NCBI GenBank assembly: GCA_028826165.1
Contig: JAPDFW010000064.1
Location: 1-64,000, forward strand
Length of the DNA: 64,000 bases
Origin: Anaeramoeba ignava BMAN
Taxonomy: Eukaryota; Protista; Anaeramoebae
Direction: 5' to 3'
The translations under genes were made by a program, and so were the position numbers. Under the pieces are notes generated by a model that was not told where the DNA came from, ran no database searches, and saw only the letters and a list, made by a program, of their open reading frames with translations. Shown one piece after another: positions 25,532 to 37,691 of the stretch (positions within the stretch are counted from its first letter, which is position 1; the number at the start of each line of letters is the position of its first letter).

Positions 25532-26968
25532 TTAATTAAAATAAGTTTCAAGTTCATCAACTCTCCATGAAGAATAAGAACCAGCTAAATAACTTTTAGC
25601 TTCATTTGATTTATAAGTAATTCCATTAGGAAGATTATAACTATTCCCAAAATTTGACCAACCAGTTTTTAAATTCTCTTCTAAATGAAAATCTGGAAAT
25701 GCACTATATCCATTTCCAAAAAATGGACCAAAATATGAATAATTAAAATAAATAGAAAATTGTTCTTTTCCTTTTTGAATTGAAAATTTTTCAGGTTTTC
25801 TATCTCCTTTATCATTTCTTAATGAAAAAATAAATGCATTTGGATCATTAATATATCCATTTTGTGAATATTTAAATCCAACTTGAGTAAATCCTCCAAA
25901 AATAAAATTATCTTTTGTTTTGATAATAACTAATGTTTTTCCTTTTCCATCAACTTTTGAATGCCAATTTTTACAATCAAATCCATCTCTTTTTGCTGAA
26001 AATCCTAATTTAATTTTGAAAAAGAATTCATTATCATTTATCCATTCTTTTAATTTATTAATATGTTCTACTTCTTGAATAATTTCTGATTGAAATGTAA
26101 ATCTTGTTTTGAAAATGAATGATTTTTCTTTTTCAATGAATTGATTTAGTTCTTTTTCATTTTCATTTTCTTGAAGTTTTTGGAATTGAATTAATTTTTC
26201 TGAAATTTGATTTGGAATTAAATCTTCTTTTAAAGTATCTTTAAGTTCTTGTTTTGAAAAATCAATAAATCTAATTTTATCAATAATATTTGAAATTTGA
26301 TTTTGTAATTTCTCTTTTTCAATTTCTTTTTCTTGATTAATATTTGATTTATGTTTTCCCCATTTTATTATTGATTGAAACATTTCAAATTCATTTATTG
26401 GAATTTTATTATTTGATAATATTGAATTTAAATGATTTTCTTCAAGTTCAAGAAAAAATGAAGTTTTGATAAATTCTTCAAAATTTTGAAAAATAAAATG
26501 ATAAGAAGAATCTATTAATTGATTGAAGTTCATTGCTTCAGATAATTTAAGAACATCAACAATAGTTTCAATTTGTAAATTATTTTTGATAAATTTTAAA
26601 CAAATTTCAATTAATTCATCAATTAAATATTTTGATGAAAAAAATAAAATTTCAATAACATTTTCTAAATTAATTTCAATTTTTCCTGAATAAAAATAAT
26701 TCAAAATTGAAGATAGAATTGAGCTTGAAATATCTTTTAAAATTAATTTATTTTCTTGATATTCTTTCATTTTTGATTTAAAAAGAGATTTAAAATATTC
26801 ACTTCTTGAAGAAAGAATTGATTTATGAGTTTTAAATGAAATTTTATTTTGTTCACAAATTATTTCAAAATCAAAATAACTTTCATTTTCTTTTTCATTT
26901 TGATTTTGATTTTGAAATAAATTTTTTAAATCATTTGAAAGTTTTTCTAAATTTAAATAAGTTTCCAT
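25532..26968 (-). CDS. BTB/POZ-BACK-TLDc protein
   Basis: DFEIIC..FKTHKSILSSRSEYFKSLF..LNYFYSG (BTB), BACK-like NEFEMFQSIIKW..IRF, and TLDc FSAKRDGF..WHSKVDGKGKTLVIIKT..IFGGFT. Confidence 0.93.
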   Translation of the reverse strand: METYLNLEKLSNDLKNLFQNQNQNEKENESYFDFEIICEQNKISFKTHKSILSSRSEYFKSLFKSKMKEYQENKLILKDISSSILSSILNYFYSGKIEINLENVIEILFFSSKYLIDELIEICLKFIKNNLQIETIVDVLKLSEAMNFNQLIDSSYHFIFQNFEEFIKTSFFLELEENHLNSILSNNKIPINEFEMFQSIIKWGKHKSNINQEKEIEKEKLQNQISNIIDKIRFIDFSKQELKDTLKEDLIPNQISEKLIQFQKLQENENEKELNQFIEKEKSFIFKTRFTFQSEIIQEVEHINKLKEWINDNEFFFKIKLGFSAKRDGFDCKNWHSKVDGKGKTLVIIKTKDNFIFGGFTQVGFKYSQNGYINDPNAFIFSLRNDKGDRKPEKFSIQKGKEQFSIYFNYSYFGPFFGNGYSAFPDFHLEENLKTGWSNFGNSYNLPNGITYKSNEAKSYLAGSYSSWRVDELETYFN

Positions 26969-27009
26969 TTTATTTAAAAAATTTGAAAGGAAAAAAATGA
27001 AAAAAAATA

Positions 27010-27435
27010 AAAAATGGAATAAAGAATATTAAATAATTAAATTTGGAATTAATTCTAAATTATATATTTTATTAACATTTATTTATTTAGAATAAGATAA
27101 ACTTATTACCAATAATTAAATAAAATTAATAAAATATTTTAATTAATTTATTTCAAAAATGGAATAAAAAATATTAAATAATTAAATTTGGAATTAATTC
27201 TAAATTATATATTTTATTAATATTTATTTATTTAGAATAAGATAAATTTATTCCCAATAATTAAATAAAATTAATAAAATATTTTAATTAATTTATTTCA
27301 AAAATGGAATAAAAGAATATTAAATAATTAAATTTGGAATTAATTTTATTTTATATTTTATTAACATTTATTTATTTAGAATAAGATAAATTTATTCCCA
27401 ATAATTAAATAAAATTAATAAAATATTTTAATTAA
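27010..27435. repeat. Three tandem copies of a ~145-bp unit upstream of the BTB-TLDc gene
   Basis: AAAATGGAATAAA..TTTGGAATT..TAGAATAAGATAAA recurs at ~27010, 27156 and 27301. Confidence 0.9.
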
Positions 27436-27744
27436 AATAAAAAACGAATTTTAATAATTTTTAATAAAAATGCAATAGGAATTCAATTTTATTTCAAGTT
27501 AAATAATATTTTCATTGATTAAATTGAAATTTTTATTATCCCATTTTTTATATTTTTATGTTTAATATTTAAATAATAAAATATTTAAATCTAAAACATT
27601 AAATTAATGCTTTAAACATAAAATTAAATATTAAATTATATTTTTAAATTAATTTATAAATTAAATATTAAATTAAATCCATTTTCATTTTTTATATTTA
27701 ATAAATAAATTTCATTCAAGATTTTTTAATAATAATTTACAAAT

Positions 27745-28352
27745 TAAATTGATTTAATTTAATTTAATTTAATTTAATTTAATTTAATTTGATTTAATTT
27801 AATTTAATTTGATTTAATTTGATTTAATTTGATTTAATTTGATTTAATTTAATTTGATTTAATTTAATTTAATTTAATTTGATTTAATTTAATTTGATTT
27901 AATTTAATTTGATTTAATTTAATTTAATTTAATTTAATTTAATTTTAATTTAATTTAATTTGATTTAATTTAATTTAATTTAATTTGATTTAATTTAATT
28001 TGATTTAATTTAATTTAATTTGATTTAATTTGATTTAATTTAATTTTAATTTAATTTGATTTTATTTAATTTGATTTAATTTAATTTAATTTGATTTAAT
28101 TTAATAATTTTGATTTTAATTTGATTTAATTTGATTTGATTTGATTTTGATTTTGATTTGATTTTTTGATTTGATTTGATTTAATTTGATTTGATTTAAT
28201 TTAATTTGATTTGATTTGATTTAATTTGATTTAATTTAATTTGATTTGATTTGATTTGATTTAATTTGATTTGATTTGATTTAATTTAATTTAATTTAAT
28301 TTAATTTGATTTGATTTAATTTGATTTAATTTGATTTAATTTAATTTGATTT
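27745..28352. repeat. (ATTTA/ATTTG)n microsatellite
   Basis: Visible 5-mer array. Confidence 0.92.
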
Positions 28353-29399
28353 AAATAAAAATAAAAATAAAAATAAAAATAAGGAAGAAAAAAAATTATT
28401 TTTTTTTGAGAACATTTTAACTGAAAAGAAGAAAAGAAAGAAAAGAAAAAGAAAAGAAAAAGAAAAGAAAAGAAGAAAAAAAAAGAAAAAAAAAAAGAAG
28501 AAGAAAAGAAAAAGAAGAAGAATGATGTAATTAAATAATTTTTTAATTTTTTTTTTCAAATTTTTTTATCATTTTTCTTCCTTTTTTTAAAATTAATTAA
28601 ATTAATAAAGAGTAAGATAAAATTTATAAATACAAAATTTAAAATTTAAAATGTAAAACAATTATTAATTAATTCCTTTTTTATTATTTTTATTTTTTTA
28701 ATTAAATAGAATTTATGGAAAAAAATTGTTTTTATAAAAGATTTATAAGAAAAAAAAATAATTCACAATTTTTTTGATTTAATCAAATCAAATTTAATTT
28801 AATTTAAAAATTAAAAAAACAAAAAGTAAATTTAATTAAAAAAAAAAAATTAAAAAAAAAATTAAAATTTTATTTTTTTCAATTTTTCTTTTTCTTTTTA
28901 AATAATTTAAATTAAATAATTCTAAATTTAAAACATAAAAAATTTAAATTTAAATTAAAATTAAAAAATTTAAAACAAAATAGAAATTAAAAATTAAATT
29001 TTAAAAAGTGTTTTCTTTTTACCAACAAAAATTAAAAACAAAAAAAAAAATTTAATTAAAGAAAAGAAAAAGAAATAATTAGTAATTTTTAAAAATAATT
29101 AATAAATTAACGTTAAAAAAAATAAATTAATAATAAAAATTAACTTAAATTTAATTAAATATAATTTAAAATTAATATAAAAATATAAAAATAAAAATAA
29201 AATAATTATTATAATAAAATTAAATAATAAGAAAAAAAATTAAAAAAATTAAAAAAATAAAAAATCATTTTTTTTCTTTTATTTTTTTTTTTAAAATAAT
29301 TTTTTTTAAAAAATTAATTAAAAAAAAAAACTTTTTTTAATATTGAAAAATTTAAAAATAAAAAACCCAAAAGAAAAAGAGAAAGAGAAAGAAGAAGAA

Positions 29400-32300
29400 A
29401 TGGGAAGTACAACCCATACAACAATTCGCAATAATTCGTTTACAAATCGAGTATTTGAAACAAATATTGATCATTCACAACATTTGAAACGAGCAGAAAA
29501 CCAGTACAAAAATAACACCAACAAACACACGAATAATAAAAACCGAATAACCAAACACACACAAAAAGTTATCATGAACAACAATCCCACACTCACTGAA
29601 AATTTCTTGATTTCCAAAACGCAAAAAAGTCGACATGAACATCCGCAAAACACGCGACATTACGAGCCAAGTCGCACAACTACAAAGTCTAAGCATTCAC
29701 CAACATACAGTGTTGAGCATGAGAAGATGATTTACAAAAAACAAGAAGGCGATTTACACGGACAAAGAATGCCGCATAATAGCCCCAGTTTTGAAGAAAC
29801 GCAATTTTTAAGAGGTTCACCGAATCAACATGAAAAAAACAAATCAAAATCGAGAAGTATAGACCGATTGGAGAAGAAGACAACAAAGAAGGGAGGGATA
29901 AATCAACAGAGAGGAGAGTATGTGATTCATAAAGACACGTTTCAGAGACAGTCGCCTTATTATCAATCGAACTACGATGATGAGTATCTTGACACTAAGT
30001 ATGGTTCGCCAAGAATTTCTCCTTCACGTTCATCAAACAGACCCAGTTTTGCTAGACAATACAACAGAAAAAAGAACAAGAACGGTCAGTACAAAAAAAA
30101 GAAAAAGGATCCTTTTTCAAATCGAAAACGTAAAACTCAAGGAAATTTATTAAGTGACACAAAAACACAGAAGATGACAGGAGCTGTCGGAGGCAAATCT
30201 AAGAATAGAAGCTTTGCAAAGACAAAGAATGAAAGATCGCCTCGAACGCACTCGCCGAGTTTTGGTTTCCAGAACAGGATGTTTGATTATCGAGCAAAAT
30301 CACCGCCTCCGCAAAGACTATCTTCCAACTCAAGAACACCAAGACAGATCAGCCCTGTTATTCATGATTCGGACAGAATATATGAGTCTGGTTATCTGAG
30401 CAATGAGCATAACTTTCGTGGTCTTGTTTCGATGCAAACAAAGAATTCAATTTCTCCAAACAGCCAAATTTCCCAAAGATTTTCTTTTGAAAACATAAGG
30501 AACCCAAATATCGATAGAAACGATCCTTCTATTAATCATATTCCTTTTCTTGAGAAGAATCCCAAAAGACGTGGTAATGATTACAAAAGAGAATCTTCTC
30601 CCCCTTTTTTTACTTCAAGAGAGAAAATTCTTGAGCCTCTTCGTATTGAGTGTAAATATCCTGCTTTTCCTTCTAAAGACCAAGTTCTTAAATCTATTCA
30701 GAATATGGATTCATCGATTCTTCAGATAGAATCTACTATTGATGGTTTGAAACAATTTGATCAACTTCATAAATTTAAAGAAGAAACAAGTATTGAAATG
30801 AAAGTTAGAAATATATTGATTGAAAATCAAAAAGTAGCAAAAGAATCTAAAGAGAGATTTGAAGAAATTTGCAAACGAGCTGAAAAACCTGTAAATATTT
30901 TTTTAATTTATTTTTTTAATTTATTTTTTTAATTTATTTTTTAATTTATTTTTTAATTTATTTTTTAATTTATTTTTTAATTTATTTTTTAATTTATTTT
31001 TTAATTTATTTTTTAATTTATTTTTTAATTTATTTTTTAATTTATTTTTTAATTTATTTTTTTAACTTAAATTTAGGTTGTTCAAAATCATCAATTTTCT
31101 CTCTTTTCTTTTTCTCAAAATACTAATCATTCTGATGATTTCCTTCTTAAAATTAAATCAAAAATTGCATCAAAAATTTTGCTTAAACATCTAATTGAAT
31201 CACAATTATCAATTTATTATATTCAACTTGAAAATATTTGGCAACAAAAAAAAGAAGATTTAACCAAAAGCAAAAAATCAAATGTAATTAAAAATACAAA
31301 TAATTTTAATTTTTAATTTAATTTTAATTTTAATTTTAATTTTAATTTTAATTTTAATTTTAATTTTAATTTTAATTTTAATTTTAATTTTAATTTTAAT
31401 TTTAATTTTAATTTTAATTTTAATTTTAATTTTAATTTTAATTTTAATTTTAATTTTAATTTTAATTTTAATTTTAATTTTAATTTTAATTTTAATTTTA
31501 ATTTTAATTTTAATTTTAATTTTAATTTTAATTTTAATTTTAATTTTAATTTTAATTTTAATTTTAATTTTAATTTTAATTTTAATTTTAATTTTAATTT
31601 TAATTTTAATTTTAATTTTAATTTTAATTTTAATATTTAATTTTAATTTTAATTTTAATTTTAATTTTAATTTTAAAAAAATAGACACAAAATTATAAAA
31701 AAAGAAAAAGTAAATTGATTAATTATAATAATTTTGATGAAGATGATGATGAAGATGAACAATCAAGAATTAGAGATTATTTGGAAGTTTCAGCACCAGT
31801 TCCACCAATGATTATAATTCCAACAGAAAGAAAATTAACAAGTTTTTATGATAATAATCGATTAATAAATGCAGAAACATCAAGAGAAGTTTTTGAAGAA
31901 AGACATCCTGAATGGACAGAAGAAGAAGTATCAATTTTCCTTAAAATGTAAATATTTTTTAATTTTAATTTTAATTTTAATTTTAATTTTAATTTTAATT
32001 TTAATTTTATTTTTAATTTTAATTTTAATTTTAATTTTAATTTTATTTTTAATTTTAATTTTAATTTTAATTTTAATTTTAATTTTAATTTTAATTTAAA
32101 TTTTAATTTTAATTTTAAATTTTAATTTTAATTTTGAAATGAATTTAAATTTTTAAATAGATATTCTCAATCACCTAAAGATTTCCGTCTTATTTCTAAT
32201 TACTTACCAAATAGATCAATGAGAGAAATAATTCAATTTTATTATATAAACAGATTCAAATTAGGATTAAATAAAAATCCAACTCAAAGACAAACAAATT

Positions 32301-32857
32301 CAAAAAAGAAAGTAATTCAAGAAGGAACAACAACATCAAGAAGAAGAAGAGCAGCAAATTCAAAAAATCAATCTAAAGGAAATAACGATGAATATAAAAA
32401 AACTGAATTATCAAGAATAAAAAAAAGAAGAAGAAGAAAACAAAGAAGAAGAAAAAAATTAAATAAACCAAATCAATCACAACTTAGATTAGAAAATCCT
32501 ATTCCAAAAAATGATAGTGATATTAATACTAATAATTCAATTGATTCAAATAACAATAATATCAATAACAATGTGAATACAAATAATAACTTGGATTTGG
32601 ATAATATTATTGATCAAAAACAAAAAGTTATTAAAAATTTTTGGGATGATAATGAAAAAAAACTTTTTATTCAATTATTAAAAGAAAAAGGTAGAGATTG
32701 GGTTGAAATTGCTAATTCTATTGAAACTAAAACTCCAAAACAAGTTAAAAATTTCTTTCAAAATAATAAAAAGAAATTGGGTCTTTTAAAAATTCTTGAA
32801 TCAGGTGGTCATCCAATTAATGTAAATCCAAGAAAAAAATCTAATCAAAATTTTTAA
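29400..32857 (+). CDS. NCoR/SMRT/Snt1-like double-SANT corepressor (exons 29400-30890, 31077-31283, 31685-31947, 32161-32857)
   Basis: SKDQVLKSIQNMDSSILQIE (NCoR-type coil), APVPPMI..F.DNNRLI, SANT1 WTEEEVSIFL.IYSQSPKDF..IS.YL..IIQFYY, SANT2 WDDNEKKLF..GRDW..IA..TKTPKQVKNFFQN. Introns are filled with AT repeats. Confidence 0.82.
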
Positions 32858-33263
32858 TTTGAAATTTTGTTCATTTTATATTTTTATTTTCTTTTTTTTT
32901 TTTGTATTTAAATCAAAACAAAAAAAAAACAATTCAAATCAATTTTTCTTTCTTTCTTTCTTTCTTTATTTTTGTTTTGTTTTATTTTTTATTTTTCCTT
33001 CAAAATAAAAAAAAGGAAAAGAAACTTTTTTTATCCGATTTTTAATTTTAATTTTAATTTTAATTTTAATTTTAATTTTAATTTTAATTTTAATTTTAAT
33101 TTTAATTTTAATTTTAATTATAATTTTAAAATGAATTTGAATTTTAATTTAAATTTAATTTTTAATTTGAATTTTAATTTAAATTTTAAATGAATTTTAA
33201 TTTTAATTTTTAATTTTAATTTTAATTTTAATTTGAATTTTAATTTTAATTTTAATTTTAATT

Positions 33264-34154
33264 TTAATTTAAATTTGAATTTGAATTTCTTCTAAATTCA
33301 ATTAATGCTTCTCTTAATTCTATTGTTAATTTTCCAGGTTTTCCATCATTAATAATAAAACCATCAACATTTGTAACAGGCATAATATCTCTAGTTGTTG
33401 AAGTAATAAAAACTTCTTTTGAATTTATCAATTCATTTTTAGTAAAAGATTGTTCTAAAACTTCTAAATCTTTAAACTTTTCACAAATTTTAATCACAAT
33501 ACTTCTTGTTATTCCTTTTAAAATTTTTCCATTAAGAGGATAAGTGAGAATTTGATCATTTGAATTAATCATAAAAACATTAAAACTTGATCCTTCTAAA
33601 ATTGTTTCATTATCATTTGGATCAACAAAAATAATTCCATCTGCTTCTTGATCTTTAACTATTGTTAAATGTGCAAAAATAGCAGGTAAATAAAATGTAT
33701 ATTTCACATTTGCAAATGGTCTTTGAAAAGCAAAAGTAACTAATTTCATTCCTTCTTTAAAAAATTTATCAGGAAAATCAAAAGGTTTAACTGATAAAAT
33801 AATTAAAGTTGATAAACCTAAAGGTGTAAATCCATCTGATGAAGTTTTACCACCACTAAAAATAATATCAAATTGAATATCCCCATCATAATCTTTGTTT
33901 TTTTCAATTACTGAATCTATAATTTTATTCAAATCTGTTTTGGAATAAGGTGATTTCATTTTGATTAATTTTGCTGATTTGTACAATCTTTTAATATGTT
34001 TTTTTCTTTTAAATATTTTCTTATTCGATCCAAATCTAACACATGCTGTAAAAATTCTAAATCCTCTAAGTTGCCCAGTTATATCATCTGTAAAATTGAT
34101 TTTGAGTTCTTTTGTTGGAATTAATTCATTTTGATACCAAGAAAATAATTCCAT
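33264..34154 (-). CDS. Class IV PLP-dependent aminotransferase (D-amino-acid / branched-chain aminotransferase-like), copy 1
   Basis: HIKRLYKSA, ANVKY (catalytic Lys), EGSSFNVF, ILKGITR, EVFITST. Intronless; likely start MELFSWY. Confidence 0.9.
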   Translation of the reverse strand: MELFSWYQNELIPTKELKINFTDDITGQLRGFRIFTACVRFGSNKKIFKRKKHIKRLYKSAKLIKMKSPYSKTDLNKIIDSVIEKNKDYDGDIQFDIIFSGGKTSSDGFTPLGLSTLIILSVKPFDFPDKFFKEGMKLVTFAFQRPFANVKYTFYLPAIFAHLTIVKDQEADGIIFVDPNDNETILEGSSFNVFMINSNDQILTYPLNGKILKGITRSIVIKICEKFKDLEVLEQSFTKNELINSKEVFITSTTRDIMPVTNVDGFIINDGKPGKLTIELREALIEFRRNSNSNLN

Positions 34155-34376
34155 TTTTTGATTTTTGAAAAATAAAATTTTTTTCATTTTTTTTATAATA
34201 ATAATAATAATAAATGTATTTTTGTGTGAGAGTTTATTGTCAACAAAAAAAAAAGGAAAATCATATTTGGCTAAAAAAATTCTGATATTTCCCAAATCCA
34301 AAAAAAATTTGTCACACTTAATTCAATATTTTCTTAAAACCGAGTGAAAATTTTTCCAAATTAGATCTTTAAATGA

Positions 34377-36623
34377 TTATTTTTTCTTTTCATTTTCATT
34401 TTCATTTTCTTGAAGATCAGGATTCCAATTATCAAAATATCCTGAAAGAAAAGTCCATAAATCTGAGTTGAAATCCAGTAAAGCAGATCGATTCACAACG
34501 TAAACCGGATGTGAAGTAAAATCTGTTATATTTACATAATAGACTGGATTTGAGGTGATGTAAATATAGTATTGATTTTTAGGAAGTAAGCATATTTGTG
34601 AATTTTTTTTTGACTTTTTTTTTACAAATTTTAGATTTTTTGGGCATTCCATCCCTGATATTCTTGAATAATATCCTACAATATTTTCTTTTTTTTTTTT
34701 TCTTCTTCTTCTTCTTTTTCCTCAGAAGTTGAGAATGAGGATTCAAATAAAGCTGGATATTTAGGGCAATGACTTGAATAAGAACTTATTGAAGCTTGAA
34801 TATAAAATAATTCTTTTTCTTCAGAGAAAATAATAAAATCAACAGCAGGATGACTCCCAAAACATTGGATGAGTGTTCCTGGTTCTATTTTTGTTAACGG
34901 ATTTGATCTTTCTTGACGAATCCACTGATTCAAGTTTATTTCAAATTCAAGTGGAGACCTTGAATTACCAAAAAGATCTTTCACTTTCAAAATGCGCCTT
35001 CTTGATCCATTAAAGTAGCAGAAACAAAATTTTCAAAAGCAAATGGTTTAGTATCTTTTAAAGAAGCAAGAACTTGAAGAAAAGTTTGGATTCCCAGTTT
35101 GAAAGTATTGAAAAAAGCTTGCCTTGCCCATTTACAAATGAAATTATATGTTCTGTCATCATTTTTGATAAATATTCCTCCACTTTTCCAATAATCTGGT
35201 AAATCTGTAAATGATTTATTCAAATAAACATTTGATGCAAACAGAATATTATTGTTTGTATCTTCTGAAAAAATTGTATCTTTGGGGAATAAAGGGAATC
35301 CAGAATTTTCAATTTTTTTCTTTTTGTTTTCCGGTATTTGTGTGAGTTGAAGTGATTTATTCAAAATGTGGAAAATTCTTTGTTTGTAATACATTACTGC
35401 TTGTTCTTCAGCTTTGACTTTCCAACCTGGATGAATCTCTCTCTGACTATACGATTGATAGAAATAAAAAAACATTCGAGGAACATTGTTTGTGAATTCT
35501 TTAACCTCAGATATCTGAATTTCTTTGGGTAAATTGTTCATTTTAATTTCAAATTCCATCATTGTTTGTAATTCATCTGAATTAAAAATAGGAACTTCAC
35601 TAATAAATTCTGGATAATCATTATCTGACATTTTTCCAGTGGGACTAAAAGTTGAACTAACTGCAGTATAAAATAACCCATTCTTAACACTCGCGAAATA
35701 ATGAAAGAATTCCAAAATGTGTGTTTTATCTCTATCTGAATCATATAAAACATTCCATTGATCCAAAGCAATCAATACTTTATGTTGTGAAAAGATTCCA
35801 TCCATTAAACTTTCAAATAAATTTTTGCATTCTTTCTCCATTGCTTCCATATCTTCAATGGTTGGTTTTTTTTTTTCCCATAAATTTTTATCATAGGGAA
35901 AGTCACTATAACAAGATAATTGTTTTTCATTCAATTTATAGAATGTTGAAAAAATGTTTCTTGCAACTGAATAATTTGATTTTTGTTGAAGTTCCTCAAG
36001 ATTTGGAATATAAAGAACTAACCATTTAGGAAGATGATAACAAAAATAAGCAATATGAAAAAGTGTATAACTCTTTCCAGCTCCTGCAGGTCCTATAAAT
36101 AACTTCTTCCCAGAATCTTGATTTAGAATTTCATTCAATAACATTTGTGTTTGTTTTCGAATTAAAAATGGAGTTAAATTTCCAACAGATTTTTTTATGT
36201 TTATTCCCGGAATTTTCTTGAAAACATGTTTTAATCCAATAACTTTATTACAATTTTCTGGTTTGATATGTTCTTCAATCTCTAATTTATTATTCAAAAA
36301 AAGAAAGAATTGATTTATTAATTTTAAATTCAAAAAATGAAAAAAAAACAAAAATATTTAATATATATACTTAATTCTGTAAGAATTGGTTCTTCTTGTT
36401 CAATATTTTGTTGAAGAATTTCTTGGTTAGTTTCATTTAAATTTTGATTTTCTTGGTTACTTTTTCTGTTAGTATTTTTTTTATTCTTTTTCGTCTTAAC
36501 CCTTTTCACTTTATTTTCATTTTTTCCTGATTTTGTTTTGTTTTGTTTTTGATTTGTTTGAACTGTTTGAATTGTTTTTTTTTTCCTTTTTTTGTTTGAA
36601 TTTGAATTTTTTTTTGTAAACAT
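34377..36623 (-). CDS. Crinkler/RHS-like P-loop NTPase + PD-(D/E)xK nuclease protein (intron 36370-36282; frameshifts ~34990 and ~34690)
   Basis: Walker A GPAGAGKS, WLVLYIPN, Walker B LIALDQWN, NVPR, AFE helix, then HPAVDFII..FYIQAS nuclease-like motif. Lys-rich N-terminal exon. Confidence 0.7.
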
Positions 36624-36739
36624 GAAATCAAAAAATTAAAAGAAAAAATGAAAAATGAAAATTGAAAAATTTTTTTATCCGATTTTTAATTTTAATTTTA
36701 ATTTTAATTTTAATTTTAATTTAAATTTTAATTTAAATT

Positions 36740-37618
36740 TTAATTTGAATTTCTTCTAAATTCAATTAATGCTTCTCTTAATTCCATTGTTAATTTTCCA
36801 GGTTTTCCATCATTAATAATAAAACCATCAACATTTGTAACAGGCATAACATCTCTAGTTGTTGAAGTAATAAAAACTTCTTTTGAATTTATCAATTCAT
36901 TTTTAGTAAAAGATTGTTCTAAAACTTCTAAATCTTTAAACTTTTCACAAATTTTAATCACAATACTTCTTGTTATTCCTTTTAAAATTTTTCCATTAAG
37001 AGGATAAGTGAGAATTTGATCATTTGAATTAATCATAAAAATATTAAAACTTGATCCTTCTAAAATTGTTTCATTATCATTTGGATCAACAAAAATAATT
37101 CCATCTGCTTCTTGATCTTTAACTATTGTTAAATGTGCAAAAATAGCAGGTAAATAAAATGTATATTTCACATTTGCAAATGGTCTTTGAAAAGCAAAAG
37201 TAACTAATTTCATTCCTTCTTTAAAAAATTTATCAGGAAAATCAAAAGGTTTAACTGATAAAATAATTAAAGTTGATAAACCTAAAGGTGTAAATCCATC
37301 TGATGAAGTTTTACCACCACTAAAAATAATATCAAATTGAATATCCCCATCATAATCTTTGTTTTTTTCAACTACTGAATCTATGATTTTATTCAAATCT
37401 GTTTTGGAATAAGGTGATTTCATTTTGATTGATTTTGCTGATTTGTACAATCTTTTAATATGTTTTTTTCTTTTAAATATTTTCTTATTCGATCCAAATC
37501 TAACACATGCTGTAAAAATTCTAAATCCTCTAAGTTGCCCAGTTATATCATCTGTAAAATTGATTTTAAGTTCTTTTGTTGGAATTAATTCATTTTGATA
37601 CCAAGAAAATAATTCCAT
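36740..37618 (-). CDS. Class IV PLP-dependent aminotransferase, copy 2
   Basis: Near-identical to 33264-34154, with a handful of substitutions. Confidence 0.9.
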   Translation of the reverse strand: MELFSWYQNELIPTKELKINFTDDITGQLRGFRIFTACVRFGSNKKIFKRKKHIKRLYKSAKSIKMKSPYSKTDLNKIIDSVVEKNKDYDGDIQFDIIFSGGKTSSDGFTPLGLSTLIILSVKPFDFPDKFFKEGMKLVTFAFQRPFANVKYTFYLPAIFAHLTIVKDQEADGIIFVDPNDNETILEGSSFNIFMINSNDQILTYPLNGKILKGITRSIVIKICEKFKDLEVLEQSFTKNELINSKEVFITSTTRDVMPVTNVDGFIINDGKPGKLTMELREALIEFRRNSN

Positions 37619-37691
37619 TTTTTGATTTTTGAAAAATAAAATTTTTTTCATTTTTTTTTTCACTTTTCTTTTTTTAATAAAAATATTAAAA

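Noticed and set aside
31278-32099. Poly-IK and poly-IL ORFs (similar ones at 32972, 54428-55082 and 57310-57691)
   Set aside because: Translations of hexamer microsatellites in introns, intergenic DNA or NQ tracts.
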